From Camelus ferus (Eukaryota): a stretch of 64,000 bases of DNA. Every line of letters starts with the position of its first letter. The first letter of the stretch is position 1. The DNA lies in NCBI RefSeq assembly GCF_009834535.1, contig NC_045697.1:29390001-29454000 (forward strand). The letters are read 5' to 3'. Made by a program: the position numbers and the translations under genes. Under the pieces are notes generated by a model. The model did not search any database. It saw nothing but the letters and a program-made list of their open reading frames with translations, and was not told where the DNA came from. Positions 38,991 to 51,165 of this stretch are shown here, in pieces.

Positions 38991-39554
38991 CATGATTAAT
39001 TTCCCTTTTAATATGTATAGACAACTGTCTTTTAATGGGCTTCCTACAACTCCTTTGGTTTGTTTCACTTATCCAATGTTCACAGGCCTGGGCATATCAG
39101 TGATCTTCAAAAAAGGTAATCAGGAGATCAAAAAATAGAACCAACTAATTTCCTGGTGGTCAAAAAACTCCATTCTTAGAAGCTTGCTGTTGAGTCTGAA
39201 TCCCAGAGGAGAGTTTAAGCAGGAGCTCACCCTGTTATCACCACATCCAGAGCCAGGAAGCTTAGAGAAACAAGATGGTATTCTGACCCCTAACTGTTCT
39301 TAACCTTGACTCCCTCCTTCTCCCCACTTTGCTCATCCCCCAAGGAGGTATCAGCTACATCATGGGACTATGGAAAGTAAAGCAGATAAAATGTGTCAGC
39401 ATTTTGATCCTTCAATGTTGAGTTTAAACAAAAACATCATTTACAATTGCTAATATTTCCTTTTATCCTCATGCTCAACTGAAAGTTTCTAATTTTAAAG
39501 GACTGTTGCATTCTGGGTCAACTTTGGTATATCATCTAGCATCGCTGCACTTGT

Positions 39555-39790
39555 TTATATATATGTATGTACATATATATACATACATATATACACATAC
39601 ATACGTATACATATATATAAAAAGCTTTACTGGAACACAGCCACACCCATTCATGTATATCTTGTCTATGGCTGCTTTTGCCTAACCGTGGCACAGATGA
39701 GTAGTTAAGACAGAGAAAGAATGATCCATAAAGCCAAAAATATTTATAGTCTGGCCTTTTATAGAAAACGCTTGCTGACTCGATCTAGTG
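39555..39790. mobile_element. (TA/CATA)n microsatellite followed by a MER58-like fragment
   Basis: ctttactggaacacagccacacccattc...ctggccttttatagaaaacg. Confidence 0.65.
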
Positions 39791-40789
39791 AAAACAGCCC
39801 TGCAGTCATTCAATTAATATGAACTATTAGTGTACTATCTGTATTGCATTGTATAGCTACTAATTACTAGCATTTGTGTAGCATTTTATATCTTCAGATA
39901 CGAACAAGCATTTATTCATTACCTATCATTTTATTACAGCACCCCATTAGCCCTGATAAGTCAGCAATTATTATTAATACCAAACCCCACCTCGCAACAG
40001 ACAAAATAGGCTCAGAGAGAATGACTGTATTTATTTATTGGAGGTGAAGCCAGAATTTGAACCCATCTCATTCTCCAAATCTTCTGCTCTCATCACAAAT
40101 AAAATTAAATAAATAAAATCCAAAATTAAAAATATAAAATACTGCACACACAGCAAGCTGATCACTTAGCAGGCAAGCTATGATTAACTTGTAGTTTCAT
40201 CTGCTTGAATGCTCCACTGAACTCATTCAATTAAAGTAAGTTCCACACGAAGTTCACATATGAGGCTCTTGTCCTCTGAGATGATGTCTCCACTCACCCT
40301 TATTTCTGACACTTTTATTAGAGATTGCTTAACCTACAAAAAAACTGCTGTTTGTTACAAACAGTATTCCTTTCATATGTATTCATTAATTATGCTAATT
40401 CATTAATTATCAGAGAGTTAATTCAGGTTTTATGGGACATAAAGCTTAGACAACTTCTGGAGACCTCTTTAAGAAAAAGAATACAAAAATACCTTCCTTT
40501 TGCAAATTTTACAAAACACGTGTGAACTCATTGCTAGGCCCCCTCTCCAGGGCCTTGGAAGGGGCCCTAAATTTTATGCTTCATTATCACAATGGTGAAT
40601 CCTCCTCTGTGTATTATCTTCCCCCATTAAAAAAGGAAACTCATATATTGTAAACTGAGTTCCTAGCAAAGAGTGGCTCCTTCTCACTGAGCAGACTAAT
40701 TACTTAAATCTGCCACCCCCATCGTTTTCTCTTAAAGCTACAAGACTGAAAGCATTCATGCCTGTTCTCAGCAAATTCTCTCTTCAGCC

Positions 40790-40982
40790 TAGAGCAGCAG
40801 TTTTCCAAGGATGGTCCATAGATAAAGTGTGCTTCACTTGGGAACTTGTTCGAAATGCAACTTCTCAGGCCTTACCCCAGACCTACTGAATCAGCAACTT
40901 TCGAGGGTGGGACTCGGCTGTTTAGGGGTTGATAAAGACCTCCCGCTGATTCTGGCGAGTGCTCCAGTTTGAGCATCACTGG
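40790..40982. mobile_element. MER5A-like hAT MITE
   Basis: gggaacttgttcgaaatgcaacttctcaggccttaccccagacctactgaatcag...ccagtttgagcatcactg. Confidence 0.75.
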
Positions 40983-43900
40983 CTACTTGGCCATAGATTC
41001 CACTGTCTCCACTCATGCAGAAAATGTTTTGAGGAAAAGAGGGGAGTCTACATCATTTAGGCAAGTTTACGATTTCTCTTTAAGAACATAACAATCTAAT
41101 GACCAATTTTAACAGTAAGTAATTCTGTTTTTAGAATTTTGGAAAACTATGACGCGTGAGATGTGCTAGGATGAACCAGGAGGAGAGAAGCAAATGTTCA
41201 CAGCTCAAAGTCTCCTTTCATGACTTCTGAGTGCACTGATGAGAAATTTAAATGAATTCCTGACTTATTAACTGAGTGCAAAAATGTGTATTTAAACATT
41301 CTTGATATAGTCAGAAGGCTGAATCAGTAATTCCAAACTCTGAATCATCTTAGAAGTTGAAGGAACTCCCACAAAGGAGCTAAATTACTTACCTCAAGCA
41401 CCATTCCTTATTTTTAAAGAGTGACAGGTGGACCACATTGGTCCTTTTAGCCACCAAGAAGCCATTTTATTATATTAACCACCAAGGACTTCTTATTTTA
41501 AAATATATTTCTTGTGCAGATAACAAGCTACTTTGATTTGTCCCCATGCCACTCTTCTCTGTTAATCAAGGTATACTTAGCCACTAATCATAACTTCTGA
41601 TCAGCATTAGCTAACCAGTGTCGCTGCTCCGGGTTGATGTATTTTAATTCCCTCCAGAAGCGAAGACCTTTAACATCTGAGTTGGCCTGTGCAGCCTGTA
41701 TTGTACAAATACATAATCTTTCCCTTGTCCTCTCCTCATCTGTAAAATGTGAATAATAAAACCTTCCTCCTAAGGCTGTCATAAGAATTAAAATTAAAAA
41801 AAAAAAACAAAACAAAGCAGATATAAAGTGGCTAGTACCACGTCTGGCAGATGGTGGGCACACAGATACGGCAGTTGCTCTTCCTATGAGTAGAAATTAG
41901 GCTGTTAGAAATCTTGAAACGAGCTCTGTGCCGCATACCTGTGACGCCCTTTTCTGGGAGTTACCACAAACACCCTGGCCTATGAGGCGGCAGCAGGCCC
42001 CCAGCTAACATCTCGTGTGAAGTGAACCTGGCCGGTCAGTTAGACCAGGATGGGCGCCCGGTCCATGCCGGGTGTGAGCCTCTTCCCTCTGGAATTTGTA
42101 ATCAAGACACTACACTCTGAGACTGGCTGGAAAAGAAAGGTACGGGGTCTCCTGTTTGCTTTTCAACTTTTCCATCACCCATGTTCCATTAAGTTCCCTC
42201 CTTTTCAGATATTTAGAGCAGTTTCTGTTTTCCTCATTGTGCCCTGACTGATGGACTGTGTAAACATTTACTGGTGTCATTTTTATGATTGTTGCTACGG
42301 TCGTCATTGTCTCATATACTTCAGAGGAAACTCTGAAGGAAACTGAGACTCAGGAGGCGAAGTGAATTAACCAGGATCCCACACCTGGTGGGCGACAGTC
42401 TCCAGCACAAAACCCTTTTCACTAAATCTCTCCTTCTGCCAGCCTTTGGATAGGCTGGTATCTTTGATTCTAATTAGTCTGAATTTACAATGTATGTATT
42501 GTCTAAGGACCCCCTTCCTTTTTGGACTTCCACGTATTGGAAGATGTGTCTACTTGACATGTGCTGAGGAACAGCCATCCTGACAGCCAGTGATTGCTTT
42601 TGGGGTCAGGCACTTAGTGATTTGCAAAGGTGGAAGCTGAAGGGCCCAAGGGAGGAGGTGGAAGAACCAGGGCCCAAGGGTCAAGGCTACCCATTGGAGC
42701 CACAGCCCTGGTGGCCTATGCAGAGGCAGTTGGAGCCACCAGGAGACATAGCCAGGAGGCAAACAGGGGGGAAGAATGAACCATGGCTTCTCCTTCCTCC
42801 AGCCTTGACTGCTTCCCAGTGGCTGAACTCAGGCGGAGCCTGGAAACACAGCCCACAGGATCAGAGGCCAGCAGGAGAGGACAGGGATGGAACTGAGGGC
42901 AAAAGGACCAATGCTCTCACCATGTGTGTGTGCCAGACACTGTTCTCACCTCTTACACCAAACCACTGACTCCTAGGCGGTAGGCAATGTTATTATCTGA
43001 TAAGGACAAAGAGGAACTGAGAGGGTTATGTAACTTGCCCAAGAACACATAAATGGTAAACGGCAGGGCTGGGGTTCAAACCTAAAAAATCCATTTTATT
43101 CCTTCCAGCGGTGTGGCAAACAAAAACAAAAGGCCACATTGTTGCAAGCACTATGTGTCTGCTGTTGGACAATGCAAATGTTTTAAAGATTTCATATTCC
43201 AACACTGCATTTGTGCTGTTTACCCACAGACAAACGTACGGGGTGTTCTTGGTCATTCTGAACGCTGTAAACCACTCCGTGCCAGGAGCCACGACTGGCT
43301 CAGAGCCCTCCTGATTCACAATCAGGTCCTGAAAACAAGTTTTCCCATTGCAATGCATGGTCACAGTACTCAAACAATTCTCTTCCTTTTTTTTTTTTCC
43401 TTCAACAGGTATTTACCAAGAAATTACCAAATTTCAGATATGATGGGTAAGTACTAAGAGATTCAATATTTGATCCTCTCCCCCCTTTCTTTTTTCTTCA
43501 AGATTTTATCTTTCCTCTGTAACAGTTACTGTTAGCTGATTACTCTGGGACAAGCTAACTGTGTAAGAGCATAGATGAAGTATATTCCAATAATTACTTG
43601 TTCAATAGTCACGCTGTGACTATGGCAGACATGACTAATAGATCACAGAACCCCTCTCCAAGTCTGGGTTTGGTCTCCTGACTCTTCTCCACCTGGCACT
43701 TTAGGCCCCTAGTGTCACTAGGGCCGAGGTGGCGAGTAACCGCTACTCACTAACCTAGCATTAGGATAACCATTTCCTAAAAGTAAGGCAAATGTCCGAA
43801 GGGACTGCTTTAGAAACAAACTAGACCAGAATTTTAGGTTCTGAAGGCAGACAATGAAGTATGTGAAACCACAAAAACACCTGAAGGGAAAAAAACGGCT

Positions 43901-44799
43901 TTGGCTTTGATATTTCTTTTGTTATATCTGCATTCATTTCTTTGCCAATTATATAACTGCTTATTTTTCTTCATAGGCTTAATGCTGTGAAGGTTTATTA
44001 CCTATGGTATTTATTACTAAATACTCAGGATTTAGTAAATACTAAAATTTACTGGAATGCATGTGCACGAACATAGCAAGTTCTACATACTACTTTAGAA
44101 ATGGAAAAATACGAGGTCACCCCGCTATGCACATGTGTCTCTTGAAAGGAACACAGTACAAATGAATAGGCACCACCCTACCTTCCAGTTTAACTGGAAG
44201 AGAGAAAAAAACATTCAAGTGTCTAAAAATGTAGACACCAAATCATGTTATACATCATCTTGGAGGAAGACATAGTTCTCTGGCAATAAACTGCTCACCC
44301 GTGAAATGAAATAGCCCTTCTAGGAAAGGATGATTAATTATTTAATAAACATGATGTGTTTTTAACTTCGCTGAGAAAAGTAAGTGGGAGGAGGTGCTCT
44401 AGGCATCCTCTGCCTCCCAGCCTACTGCGCCCACCCCTGTGGGTGCAGAGGAAGGGCCTGAGTGAGGGACAGTGCAGTGGGAGGGGTGGGGCTCTGGGCA
44501 GGTGCCCGCTGGGGTCCAGGTGCCCATGCCAGGCCCTCTCTCAGTTGTCATCTCATACCAAGCTGCACATAGGTTTTAAAGCCTCCATCTCTGCATGGGA
44601 GGCTCAGAGTGAGCAACTTGCCCATAGTCACACAGCCAAGGAGAGGCTGACCCAGGAATCCACTGGCGGTTATGTCAGACTCCAAAGAGCCTTCCAAGAC
44701 ACCATCTAATCTGTACCACCCAGAGGGGAGAGAGAGCTGGAGGAGGAAGACGAAGGGGCAGAGCAGGGGTTGCAGAGGGGGTTCCCACCATCCTAACCA

Positions 44800-45271
44800 T
44801 AGTAGGTTGAATAATGGTCCCAAAGGTATTAGGTCCTCATCTCTGGAACCTGTAAATGTTCCCTAATAAGGAAAAAGGGTCTTTGTAGATATGATTAAGT
44901 TGATGATCTTGACATGGGGATATTTTCCTGGATTATCCCAGTGGGTTCTCAGTCTAATCACACATGACCCTGTAAGGGAGAGGCAGACGGAGATCACACA
45001 CATAGAAGACAAGGCTGTGTAAACAGGATGCAGAGACTGGAGTGATAGCCACAGCCAATGAATTTCAGGAGCAACCAGAATCTGGAAGAGGCAAGGAACG
45101 GAGTCTCCCTCAGGACTTCTGGAGGGAGTGAGGCCCCTCCAACACCTTGATTTTGGCCCAGTGAAACTGATGTTGAACTGTGGGCCTCCAGACTATGAGA
45201 GAACACATTTCTGTTGTTTTTAAGCCAGCAAGTTTGTGATTGTTTGTTACGGCAGCCAGACAACTAACACA
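44800..45271 (+). mobile_element. MaLR solo LTR (MLT1-type)
   Basis: tagtaggttgaataatggtcccc...ggaagaggcaaggaacggagtctccc...ctgttgtttttaagccagcaagtttgtg..tttgttacggcagcc. Confidence 0.85.
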
Positions 45272-45937
45272 CTGACCTGCTGAACTCAAGCTGGGAGGTT
45301 TGCTGTGTGCCCTCTCCTCTCAGCTTTGCTGGGACCCAAATACCAGGAGACTTATCCCATCCTGGGCAGAGGTCTTCAACTCTTTTTCTGAAGCTTCCTT
45401 CTCCCTTCCCCTGTGTGATCCTCAGCACAAGTAAACAAATGGGGTATTCACATGAATAACAGAACAGAAAACGCACTGGTCTAGGATTTAGCATTCATGG
45501 TTTCAGACATAGCTCAATCATTTTTTTGTGTGAGTAACACTGAGCAAGTCATGTGAAAGTTCTGGGTCTCACTTTCCTGATCTGTAAAAGGCATAAAAAT
45601 ATGTCCTCCAGTCCCTGAAAAGATTAAAGGAGACAGTGTACACAGACCTTGAGCAAATTATAAAGCACTGGATATAAAGCATGGAAAAAATTCTAATTAT
45701 TCTCCCTTCATTCTCTCCTTCATACAATTAGAAGCATTTTTAAGCACCTAATATAAGAACAATATCATGCTGAGTTACATACAAGGGAGCAGAAAACATG
45801 GTGATGGCCATCAAGGAATTTGCAGTCTGACTGGGGAGACATACACATCTAAAACATTAAGTAACAACATTAAGGTTGAAAAGATGAAGTGCCAGTAAGA
45901 TCTACACGACTACAGAGATAAAAGAGATCACAGGGCA

Positions 45938-46541
45938 CTGCAGTGGTGGGAATACTCAGTCCCCTTCCCAGGGGAGTTATCTCCTCACCCCATGAAGCCA
46001 GGCTTGGTCATGCAACTCACAATAAAATGTGCGTAAAAGTGTAAGTGTTGTTTCTAGGCAGAAGTTTTAAGAGTTAGTGCATCCTACTACTTATAATAAC
46101 CAAGACATGGAAGCAACTTAAATGTCCATCAACAGATGACTGGATGAAGAAGTGGTACATATATACAACGGAATACTACTCAGCCACGAAAAAGAATGTC
46201 ATTTGTAGCAACATGGATGGACCTAGTGATGATCATACTAAGTAAGTCAGACAGACAAAGACAAATACCATAGAGTATCACTTATATGTGGAATCTAAAA
46301 TATGGTACAAATGAACTTACTTACAAAACAGAAACAGATGCACAGATAACAGAAAACAAACTTATAGTTATCAAAGGGGAAACAGAGGGGAAGGAAGGGG
46401 CAGGGACATATTAGGAGTTTGGGATTAGCAGGTACAATCTACTATATGTAGAAAAGATAAACAATAAAGTCCTACTGTATAGCACGGGAACTATACTCAA
46501 CATCCTGCAATAAACTATAACAGAAAAGAATATGAAAAGGA

Positions 46542-46582
<41 letters not shown>

Positions 46583-46873
46583 AAATGAATCACCAGATTC
46601 AGTACACCAGAAACTAACACAATGGTGTAAATCATTGCAACACTTCAATTAAAAAAAAAGTCAGTGCATCTTTCCTCCTGCTACCTTGGCTGGCAATAAT
46701 CTAGTCTAAATGTAACTATATCATCCACCTTGGACACAGAATGAGGACAATATGACAAGGAGCAGTGCCTTCAGCCAACCTGCCACAGACATTTAGTAGA
46801 AAGAGAGCTGTTTTAAGCTGCTGAGTCTTTTAGCTGTTACTGAAGCATAACCTAGCCAGTGCTGGCTGATACA
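45938..46873 (+). mobile_element. Old MLT1-type LTR split by an L1 insertion
   Basis: Left half ends ctaggcagaagttttaagag; right half ends gttactgaagcataacctagcc..ctgataca. Confidence 0.6.
46084..46659 (+). mobile_element. L1 3' UTR insertion (cetartiodactyl-type) with (CA)n and poly(A)
   Basis: ccaagacatggaagcaacttaaatgtccatc...gtcctactgtatagcacgggaactata...caccagaaactaacaca. Target-site duplication AGTTAGTGCATC (46072-46083) / AGTCAGTGCATC (46659-46670). Confidence 0.9.
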
Positions 46874-49769
46874 AATGGTGATAGAAAAGCTAACAAAAGA
46901 GGTGGGACCTGGGCTAAGCCATAAAGACAACAATGTCATGTAACACTTGCATAGGGCTTGCTAGTTATATTACAAAGTTATGAGACTTAACAACTCATTT
47001 ATTTACTATTACTATGCCACTCGGTACCTCCTATGAAGGCAGGAAGCTTGAAGTTCTTGTTCATAGCTGTATCCTTGGTGCCAAGCATAGTGGCTGACGC
47101 ATATTGGGGACTTAATACACAGGTGTCTAATACATTTCTGGAGAGGTTGATGGCACCTTACAACAGAAGAAGCAGGAGGGAGAAAAGAGATCCCACAGCT
47201 CGACACCTCAAGGTAGGAATAAGGACGAGGTGGCCTTGGGCACAAAGGAAGCCAACTTGACAGATCATTTGAAAATATACAGGTACAATTATGGTTAAAT
47301 TATAAAGTTAAAAAAAAAAAGATGGTGTTCCTTCTGGATGATGACAGCCATTTCTATTCTCCTTCTGCCCTGATTAACATATTTCTTTGGTGTAATCTGT
47401 TCTAATAGCACGGTTTCAAGGCCTTAGAGAATGATTAACAACATTATGATTAAAAGTGACCCAAGATTTAAAGACTTAAGATATATACATCTTCTCTTTT
47501 TTTTTTCTAAAAAAGAAGTACTCTATAATTCATTCAGTGCAGACATATTAAAACATTATCTTTCACTTAAAAAAAATTCCCTCCCTTCTATTTCAACCCT
47601 TGACTTAGTGAATTTAATGAACAGGATTAGGTTTTATCTTTCTTAATAAATATCTTCTAGAGTTTCTCCTATGTCAATAGAAAACACAAAGCAACTCTTA
47701 AGCTAGAAGCTACAGAGAGATAAATCAAAATATTTCCTCTAGGCAATAAAGAGGCACAAATTACCCTAGGCCACTGAACTTGTAGGGGAAATATAATAAG
47801 AAATTCCACACCGTCCATTAGACATAATGCTTGTAGTAATTGCTGCTTATCTTTCTAATAAGATCCTTGGTGGTGGAGAAAACGAGTCTGGCAAGAAAGA
47901 ACCTTGAGGGCTGGGTGGTTTCTGTGACACTGTTATTTAATTCATGTAGAAAGCCACAAATGTCATTTGGATTGGTCAATAAATATTAATTGTCTGCAGA
48001 GATATATTTTTAACTTTGCTTTTTTTTTTTTTAAGCCACCCAGGGATTTTTTACAGGGATGAGAACCCTGAAAATATTCCTTGCTGCAGAATGCATGTCA
48101 GAAAAAAAATCTGTATTTTAAACACCCTGTTGGTTAATGGTACAGTCCAGATGTAATGCTGGACTCCGTCTGTTTATTAAAATTTATATCCCATTTGCTT
48201 CCCCAAAGAATTAAGTGATTTACAATGAAAGGCACACATTCTATCACGCTCTTAAATTAGAAAAGTAAACTTTAAAACCAAATTGAAACAAGAAACGTTT
48301 CTATAAATCAGTTAGGCTAAATATTAATTGGAACCACACTCAACCATTTTTGATCCACGTATGGTTCAGTCTAATCTTATTACTGCAACTGAGGATTTGA
48401 TTTAACTCGAAACTTCCTGGCAAAAAGGGGAACATGGCAAACCGAAATTTTCACCATAAACCAAATTCTTTAAGAGAGAATTCACTGACTGCACTGACAG
48501 CTATGCTTGTGAGAATACCACACTTCTCAGTGCTAGGCAAATGAAAATCTAAAACTAGAGATTTGTGATAACAGAATGTGATACAGAGTCATCATCTAGG
48601 ACCCCTAGATCAGTGTACTTCAGTGTTCTCTAATCTGCCGGGCCCCACAGACACTGATCCTGTGCAGTTCACTGCTAGGAAGCAAATAATGTGTTACACA
48701 CTCACAAAGTGTTCAGTGCAGGACGGCGCAGAGCCTTCAGCAGCTAAGCTGTGTATTTAGAGCTCCCTGAGAGGAGGAAGTCTCCCCAAATTATTTGTCC
48801 ATGGAATCTTTTTAAATTTAAATGTCAGTTATTAAGCTGGTAGTATTCAGTTCAAAGACTTTGGAAAAATTAACCAAGATCAGTATTATTCAAACTATAA
48901 TCAATTAGTAGTAACAAACAGCACATTAAAAGTTAAATACATAGAACAGAGTGTAGCAAAGAAAAAAACCAAAGAACAGAGTACATCGTGAAGATAAGTA
49001 CTGTTGTATGAAATTTTTGTGTGTGTAAAGGAAACGGGGGTGGGGGGGGAGAACTAGATCATGCCATAAACTATATTTCTTATGAGTTAAGACAAAGAGT
49101 TTGAAAGCCAGTGATACAGAAAAACAGATGACTATAAAGAATGTGGGGGTTCACACCACAATTTTATAAAAATCTAGTAACTGTCCTTGCAAAATTTATT
49201 CTCATGTGGGTAAATACACACACAATCATCAAGTTAATCAAGCTTCTTTCAGAGGTGCTGGGATGTAAGCTTCCATACGTGTCATGAGGAGGCTTCAGCA
49301 AATGAGCAGGCAGGAAAGGGCAGCCCAGGGCAAGGCGAGTGCAGGGGGAGGGCACATTTCAGTGCAGCTGGGCCCATGCACTTGGCCGCCACACTGGATG
49401 GGAGGTGGGGGAGCCCGGGGAGGGGCAGCTGGAGTGGTGGGGAGGGGCAGCTGGAGCGGCAGGCAGGGGTGAGATGACCCAGATCATGGAGTCTGGACTC
49501 CATCCTGTAAGCAGCAAGGAACAACATGTCTCTACCTGTCAGAAAGATTACTTGGGTTTCAGTTGGTGGGTTATTTGGAGGGAAGCAGCAGGGGATGTAG
49601 AGAGAAGGATGGGGGTTAGGATTTGGGGCGGAGAGACAGGCGCAAGAAGTGGTAAGAAAAATTAGCCCCAACTTGCAAATAAAGCAAAAGGAGGGCTGTG
49701 TGCTTTTTCAGTGTTATTGGGGAGCAATATTTAACAGGCCCTCCCTAAGGATTGCTCAGTTCTTAGTGT

Positions 49770-50065
49770 TGTTGCATTATCCAACAGGAACACAACACAA
49801 GCCACATAGGTAATTTTAAATGTTCTGGTAGTCACATTAGGAAAAAAAGGGAAAAAGAAGTGAAATTAATTTTAATAATACATTTTACTTAACTTAATAC
49901 CCATATTATCACTCAACATGTGATCAATATAAAATATTGTCATGAGATACTTCACATCCTTACATTTTACACTTCACCGAACACCTCATTTCAGACCAGC
50001 CACATTTTAAGGGCTCAAAAGCCACCCATGACTAGCGGCCAGTGTACCAGCCCAGCCCAGCTCTA
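49770..50065. mobile_element. hAT-Charlie element (MER33/MER3-like)
   Basis: gccacataggtaattttaaatgttctggtagtcacatt...gtgaaattaattttaataata...cagccacattttaagggctca. Confidence 0.75.
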
Positions 50066-50569
50066 GGGAAAAGTGTCTTTGCCTGACTTCCTTTTTACTA
50101 GATTATGATTCAGACTCTGTGAAGTCAGTTGTTAATTTGCAGAAGATTAATAAAACTGCAAATAATTTCTGCAACTTTCTACTGAGAGAGAGAGGAAGAA
50201 AATGAGTGATAACCCCAAAGGTGACGAATTTATTGCCAGTAAAACATTAACCAGTTTTGTATCTATTTTAACATTTTCTCTTTTCTGCTGGCTGTTGTTA
50301 AGATTTTCTTTAATCCTTTGGTTTCAGCCATTTGACTAGGATGTACTCAGGAAGAGGGCTCTGTATGTGTGTGTTTAATTCTTCCTGCTGGAGGGTCTTC
50401 GTGATTCTTGAAAGCACACGTGCTTCCCGGTGCTTGATTACAGTTCTGGAAGAGTCTCAGTATTTCCTATATTCCTTTGAATTGACTTTGATATCCTGCT
50501 GGTTTCCTCCATCAGAAGTTATTTATGTCAAATAAATCTTTGACACATTTTAAAAATCACAGTTTAAAC

Positions 50570-51165
50570 AGACTTATTGAGGAAAAATGACATACAATAG
50601 ACCGCATAAGTTGAATACACACGATCTGGTAAGTTCTGATGTGTATACACTTGTGAAACTGTCCCCACAATCAAGATAGTAAATATGCCTGTAACCCCCA
50701 AAGACTCCTCTTGCTCGTCATAACCCCTGCTGTCTGTCCATCCTCAGGTAACCACCAATCTGCTTTCCATTCCTATAGATTAGCTAACCTTGCTTCTTCT
50801 GGAATTTTACATAAATGAAATCACACAGCGTGTACTTTTTTTTGGTCTGGCTTGCTTCAGTCAACTCAGTTCTTTGAAGATTCAGCCACGTTGCCGTGTA
50901 CAGTTGGCCCTCTGTATCCGTGGGTTTCACATCCGCAGACAGGAAGGGCCAACCATACTGTGCCATTTTACGTAAGAAACTTGAGCATCTGTGGATTCTG
51001 GTATCCGAGGGGGCCCTGGAACCATTCCCCTGTGGATACCGAGGGACCAGTGTGTCAGTAGTTGACTCCCTTTTATTGCTGAGTGGATATCTGTCGTATG
51101 GCTGTACCCAAATTTATCTGTTCACCTGGTGAGGGATATCTGAATTGTTCCTAGCCTTGCTTATT
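50570..51165 (-). mobile_element. Old L1 (L1M) 3' fragment with a nested Tigger MITE
   Basis: ttattgaggaaaaatgacatacaata...ggaattttacataaatgaaatcacacag; resumes after 51052. Confidence 0.7.
50901..51052. mobile_element. TcMar-Tigger MITE (MER2/Tigger2-like, 152 bp)
   Basis: Terminal inverted repeats CAGTTGGCCCTCTGTATCC ... GGATACCGAGGGACCAGTG, preceded by TA. Confidence 0.8.

Noticed and set aside
41385..41400. Perfect donor GAG|GTAAGT on the minus strand
   Set aside because: No convincing acceptor or in-frame ORF upstream. Such motifs occur by chance in 50 kb.
43705..43725. Short palindrome CCCTAGTG-T-CACTAGGG
   Set aside because: 8-bp arms are expected by chance, and there is no supporting context.
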